Assembly (NCBI GenBank): GCA_040437565.1
Contig: JBDOQK010000009.1
Coordinates: forward strand, 310,001-374,000
Reading direction: 5' to 3'
DNA length: 64,000 nucleotides
Source of the DNA: Albugo candida
Lineage: Eukaryota
In this document: positions 61,101-64,000 of the stretch, in pieces
Numbering within the stretch: position 1 is the first letter of the stretch
Layout of the letters: each line of letters starts with the position of its first letter
Translations under genes and position numbers: made by a program
Notes under the pieces: generated by a model
Told to the model about the DNA's origin: nothing
Seen by the model: only the letters and a program-made list of their open reading frames with translations
Databases searched by the model: none

Positions 61101-64000
61101 CAACGGCATTTTTTTTTGGAAAGATTCTTACCATGGCTGCTCGGTTTTTCAGACCTTTGCCGATTATTCCAACTTCTCAAGAATGCACGACGATGCTTAT
61201 GTTAAACCAACGCCTTCTGATTGCAATAGTATCGATGTAGAGATACATGTCGCTACCAACGGTTACTCTATTCGTGATTGCTCGGAAGGAGACTTATGCA
61301 GAATAGAAACTAGAGCGAGCCGCATTCCATATTTCATTCTCGCTGATGGTAAACGTGCGAGAAAAGAATTTGAAATGAACAACTTCTCACCCCATTTTAG
61401 TCACTTCAAATCCATCTCGACTTCGTTTCGAGATGCAATACCTGGTGCAAGAAACGTCGTACATGCTGGGCAATTGAATCGTATCAAATATGAAAACAAT
61501 ACCCATCTCATTGTGGTCGCTAGACTCGGGGATCTTGAACCAAATCACTTGTATTACTTTTTTTTCGCTTATGAGTCTGTTGGCAGTGACGGCGTTTTTA
61601 CTTCTGTGAATCCTCATTTTGAAGCATCACAACAGTCTAACGCAATCGAGATCACCACATATGAAAGTGCCCCAAAACTTGAACGATATGAAGCAAGGGC
61701 GAAACCCGCAACTACCGACTCAGTCTTTTTGACTATGGACCTCTCCTGTCAAGTATGCAAAGCAGTTGTCATACACGTTTTTGTAGCACCAAGGTCATGT
61801 GGGATAGTCTCTTTCGATGAGTTCTATGATTATATCCTGCGAACGCACTCAGGAAGCAAGCATCTACATTTGGATTATCTTGATGATTGTCTTGGAAGTC
61901 TGGATCCATTTATATTAGAAGTTCCAGTCCCTGAGTCGGAACACAAAGTACGGGACTTTATATATGACGTACATGGACTTGCATCGAACACATCTTACAG
62001 AATTTATCTCATTACAGAAACCGCTTCTAGTCATGGGGTGCTGAGCCCTCATCCAAGAAAGCTACAGATCTCAACGTCCGCATCGGCCCCAATGTTTTAT
62101 GATTTGAAAGCTGAGCCACGAAAAGGCTCGACTACTGAGCTGATTCTAATATGGAAGCTGAAAGCACCTGGTCACGTTCACTATATAGTAGGTCCTAGCC
62201 AGCATCCAGAATTGGTTGTAACATCCCCTTATAACATAAGCGGGAAGGGAGCTCGGTGGCCGGATCAAGAAGGATCCAAGTACCCTTACGATGCGATCAA
62301 GACACGAAAGACTGTTCACATAAATGATGTAGAGGATATGTATTATGAGGTCGTTAGTGACTTGACAGCGGCTACAAATTACACCATTTATCTAGTGACG
62401 GAGTCTGCAAGCAGTGAAGGCCTGTATGGAGAGATTGTGTCCTTGGCAGATATCAAGACATGGAGCCCTGCACCCAGACTTTTGAGTCATTCCGTATATC
62501 CAACCCACTCCAAAAAAGCAAGTCTTTCCGTTGGATTTCGATTAATTGAATGCTGCTTGGTGCATGTAGCTGTCATTCAAACCGAGCCCGAGCCAGCAAT
62601 GCAACATGTCGCACATGACAGCACGATTTACGGCAATCGTGTGGCATTATCCGAGAAGATAATTGCTAGATATACTGTTGAAAATGAAAACCTCTTTCAT
62701 TCTGGTCGCTGGCATGAAATAAACGTTTCCGTTCCAACAAATGACGTGACGTATGATGTGTATATCGTCTCAGAAACAGCGCATAGTGATGGCGTGTTTG
62801 GGAATGTCGCAGTGCACCGGAACGTACGCTGTCATCCCAATCCGCCTCGAATTGTAGATGTGAAAGTCACAGCGACTTCCGCGAAAACAGATTCATTGAC
62901 AGCTTTCATGAAACTGGACGATTTAGGGAACGTGCATTATCGAGCGGTAGTAAAAGGAATCGGTCGTAGAATACAAGTTGAAGGAAATGCGACATTTCTA
63001 AAGAAACGGACTAATGATACGTGTGTCGGAATGCTCACTATCGGCAATTTGACGGAGGGAAGCTGTTATCACCTGTATTTTCGAACGGAAACGCTGAACA
63101 GCTTTGGTGTTTTCGGACCGTGGTCGTCGAGCGCGATTGAAGCATGCACCCACAAGTCCCCTGCAAATATTTTGGGTGGAAAAGTACTCGTGGAGAAAGC
63201 TTTAGACGATAACATCGCCGTACCCAAGGTGAGTTCCAAGCATAGTATGTANNNNNNNNNNNNNNNNNNNNNNNNNNNNNNNNNNNNNNNNNNNNNNNNN
63301 NNNNNNNNNNNNNNNNNNNNNNNNNNNNNNNNNNNNNNNNNNNNNNNNNNNAGAAACGGACTAATGATACGTGTGTCGGAATGCTCACTATCGGCAATTT
63401 GACGGAGGGAAGCTGTTATCACCTGTATTTTCGAACGGAAACGCTGAACAGCTTTGGTGTTTTCGGACCGTGGTCGTCGAGCGCGATTGAAGCATGCACC
63501 CACAAGTCCCCTGCAAATATTTTGGGTGGAAAAGTACTCGTGGAGAAAGCTTTAGACGATAACATCGCCGTACCCAAGGTGAGTTCCAAGCATAGTATGT
63601 ACGCGTACAAGTGTGATCTACAACAAGACGATGCGCATTCTTTCCTCCGAACCATCATAAGCAGTAAGGATAAACTGAAATTGAAGCTCTTTTCTTATCT
63701 CTGATTATTGCGTAGGGCAAAAAAGGGGTGAGTTTATCTCAACGATCAGAATAAGCGCAGTTCATGTGCACAGAGAATCGAATCAGACATCGACACTCTC
63801 TCAACCGGACGTTAACGATAATTGGGATGCTCAGAAAATCAGAGGAAAAACGTCCACTGATGACGCGAATCAATTTGATTTTGACACACAAGCGTCGATT
63901 CTTCCAGAATGGACCGACTTTTCAAAATCTTCCAGCTGATACAATCCTGATAGATAGTCCGCTTGCTAATAATAATCTATCGCGGCGAGAAAACGCTGTC
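58101..64000 (+). CDS. Large secreted protein with ~13 tandem FN3/Ig-like repeats (exon 1 58101-58146, intron to 58204); 3' end uncertain
   Basis: Signal peptide MLFLVFISLIIVSLYG after splicing. Repeated ~120-aa units ending L.x.T.Y.VYL.xET..S.GVFG...T[HY]A.AP. 63002-63251 = 63352-63601 is a gap duplicate. Confidence 0.8.

Noticed and set aside
24755-63658. Numerous short antisense/alternate-frame ORFs overlapping real genes
   Set aside because: Shadow ORFs with no motifs, explained by the coding strand.
1-64000. CRISPR arrays, operons or prokaryotic defence systems
   Set aside because: The sequence is eukaryotic with spliceosomal introns; no regularly spaced repeats were seen.

Overview
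Eukaryotic scaffold, most likely an oomycete. Short GT-AG introns (mostly 40-75 nt), tiny intergenic spacers, a flagellar gene and the gene families present suggest Albugo, but this is inference. The window has two sharply different halves. (1) 1 to ~24.6 kb is gene-sparse. It holds decayed, signal-peptide/CxxC-motif (CCG/CHxC effector-like) pseudogenes in a duplicated two-gene cassette, two head-to-tail degenerate L1-clade LINEs, an isolated AT-rich tRNA-Cys(GCA), and an S1-domain (RRP5-like) fragment captured inside one pseudogene. (2) ~24.7-64 kb is gene-dense: PRP18, NCA2-like, EFHB/CFAP21-like, a coiled-coil protein, coiled-coil+GOLD, ankyrin+FYVE, bZIP-like, XPC/RAD4, kynurenine aminotransferase, FANCM, an F-box-like/TFIIS-domain gene, OST48/WBP1, CPSF30, and a giant secreted FN3-like repeat protein. 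The most unusual items are domain fusions: F-box-like + TFIIS domains II/III lacking the catalytic DE dyad; CPSF30-YTH extended with DCD and KH domains; and FANCM carrying a RanBP2-type finger and an internal PHD-knuckle-PHD module. There are eleven 100-N gaps, most flanked by duplicated sequence (unmerged overlaps), which creates false gene duplicates. All domain calls are by eye; no database searches were run.
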